Shown piece after piece: positions 1 to 874 of a stretch of DNA of 874 nucleotides (the stretch's first letter is position 1; the number at the start of each line of letters is the position of its first letter). The stretch lies in assembly GCF_003334355.1 (NCBI RefSeq), contig NZ_QOWP01000100.1. One strand, written 5' to 3'. The translations under genes were made by a program, and so were the position numbers. The notes beneath the pieces were generated by a model. That model did no database searches and was not told the origin of the DNA. It saw nothing but the letters and a program-made list of their open reading frames with translations. Origin of the DNA: Escherichia coli (GTDB lineage: Bacteria; Pseudomonadota; Gammaproteobacteria; Enterobacterales; Enterobacteriaceae).

Positions 1-89
1 AGACCCCACACTACCATCGGCGCTACGGCGTTTCACTTCTGAGTTCGGCATGGGGTCAGGTGGGACCACCGCGCTACGGCCGCCAGGCA
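1..89 (-). rRNA. rrf: 5S ribosomal RNA, partial: nt 1-89 of ~120 present, 3' end lies beyond the left edge of the window
   Basis: The reverse complement of 1..89 reads UGCCUGGCGGCCGUAGCGCGGUGGUCCCACCUGACCCCAUGCCGAACUCAGAAGUGAAACGCCGUAGCGCCGAUGGUAGUGUGGGGUCU. I checked this block by block against the canonical E. coli 5S rRNA nt 1-89 as I recall it and found no mismatch. The mature 5' end (U1) corresponds to window position 89. The specific operon copy cannot be determined from this fragment. Confidence 0.96.
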
Positions 90-181
90 AATTCTGTTTT
101 ATCAGACCGCTTCTGCGTTCTGATTTAATCTGTATCAGGCTGAAAATCTTCTCTCATCCGCCAAAACAGCTTCGGCGTTGT
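90..181 (-). other. 23S-5S intergenic transcribed spacer of the rrn operon (92 nt), part of the primary transcript that is removed during processing
   Basis: It lies between the 23S 3' terminus (window 182) and the 5S 5' terminus (window 89). In RNA sense it reads ACAACGCCGAAGCUGUUUUGGCGGAUGAGAGAAGAUUUUCAGCCUGAUACAGAUUAAAUCAGAACGCAGAAGCGGUCUGAUAAAACAGAAUU, which matches the E. coli-type spacer as I recall it. It contains short inverted repeats (e.g. ctgat 120..124 / atcag 134..138, and atcag 101..105 / ctgat 120..124) consistent with processing-stem structure. No tRNA-like sequence is present. Confidence 0.9.

Positions 182-874
<693 letters not shown>

Overview
The whole window is the distal end of a ribosomal RNA operon, read in reverse complement, so the rRNAs lie on the minus strand. 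It contains the 3' ~693 nt of the 23S rRNA gene (182..874, continuing past the right edge), the 92-nt 23S-5S spacer (90..181), and the first 89 nt of the 5S rRNA gene (1..89, with its last ~31 nt past the left edge). The 5S segment and the spacer match the Escherichia coli-type sequence as I recall it, and the 23S segment aligns to E. coli numbering without indels at four checkpoints (3' terminus, sarcin-ricin loop, peptidyl-transferase loop, P-loop). I therefore treat this as an Escherichia/Shigella-like enterobacterial rrn copy. All three supplied ORFs are antisense to structural rRNA and I regard them as spurious. I find no support for a protein-coding gene, mobile element, CRISPR array or novel system here; the only points of interest are the functionally critical rRNA motifs, which all show canonical wild-type bases.
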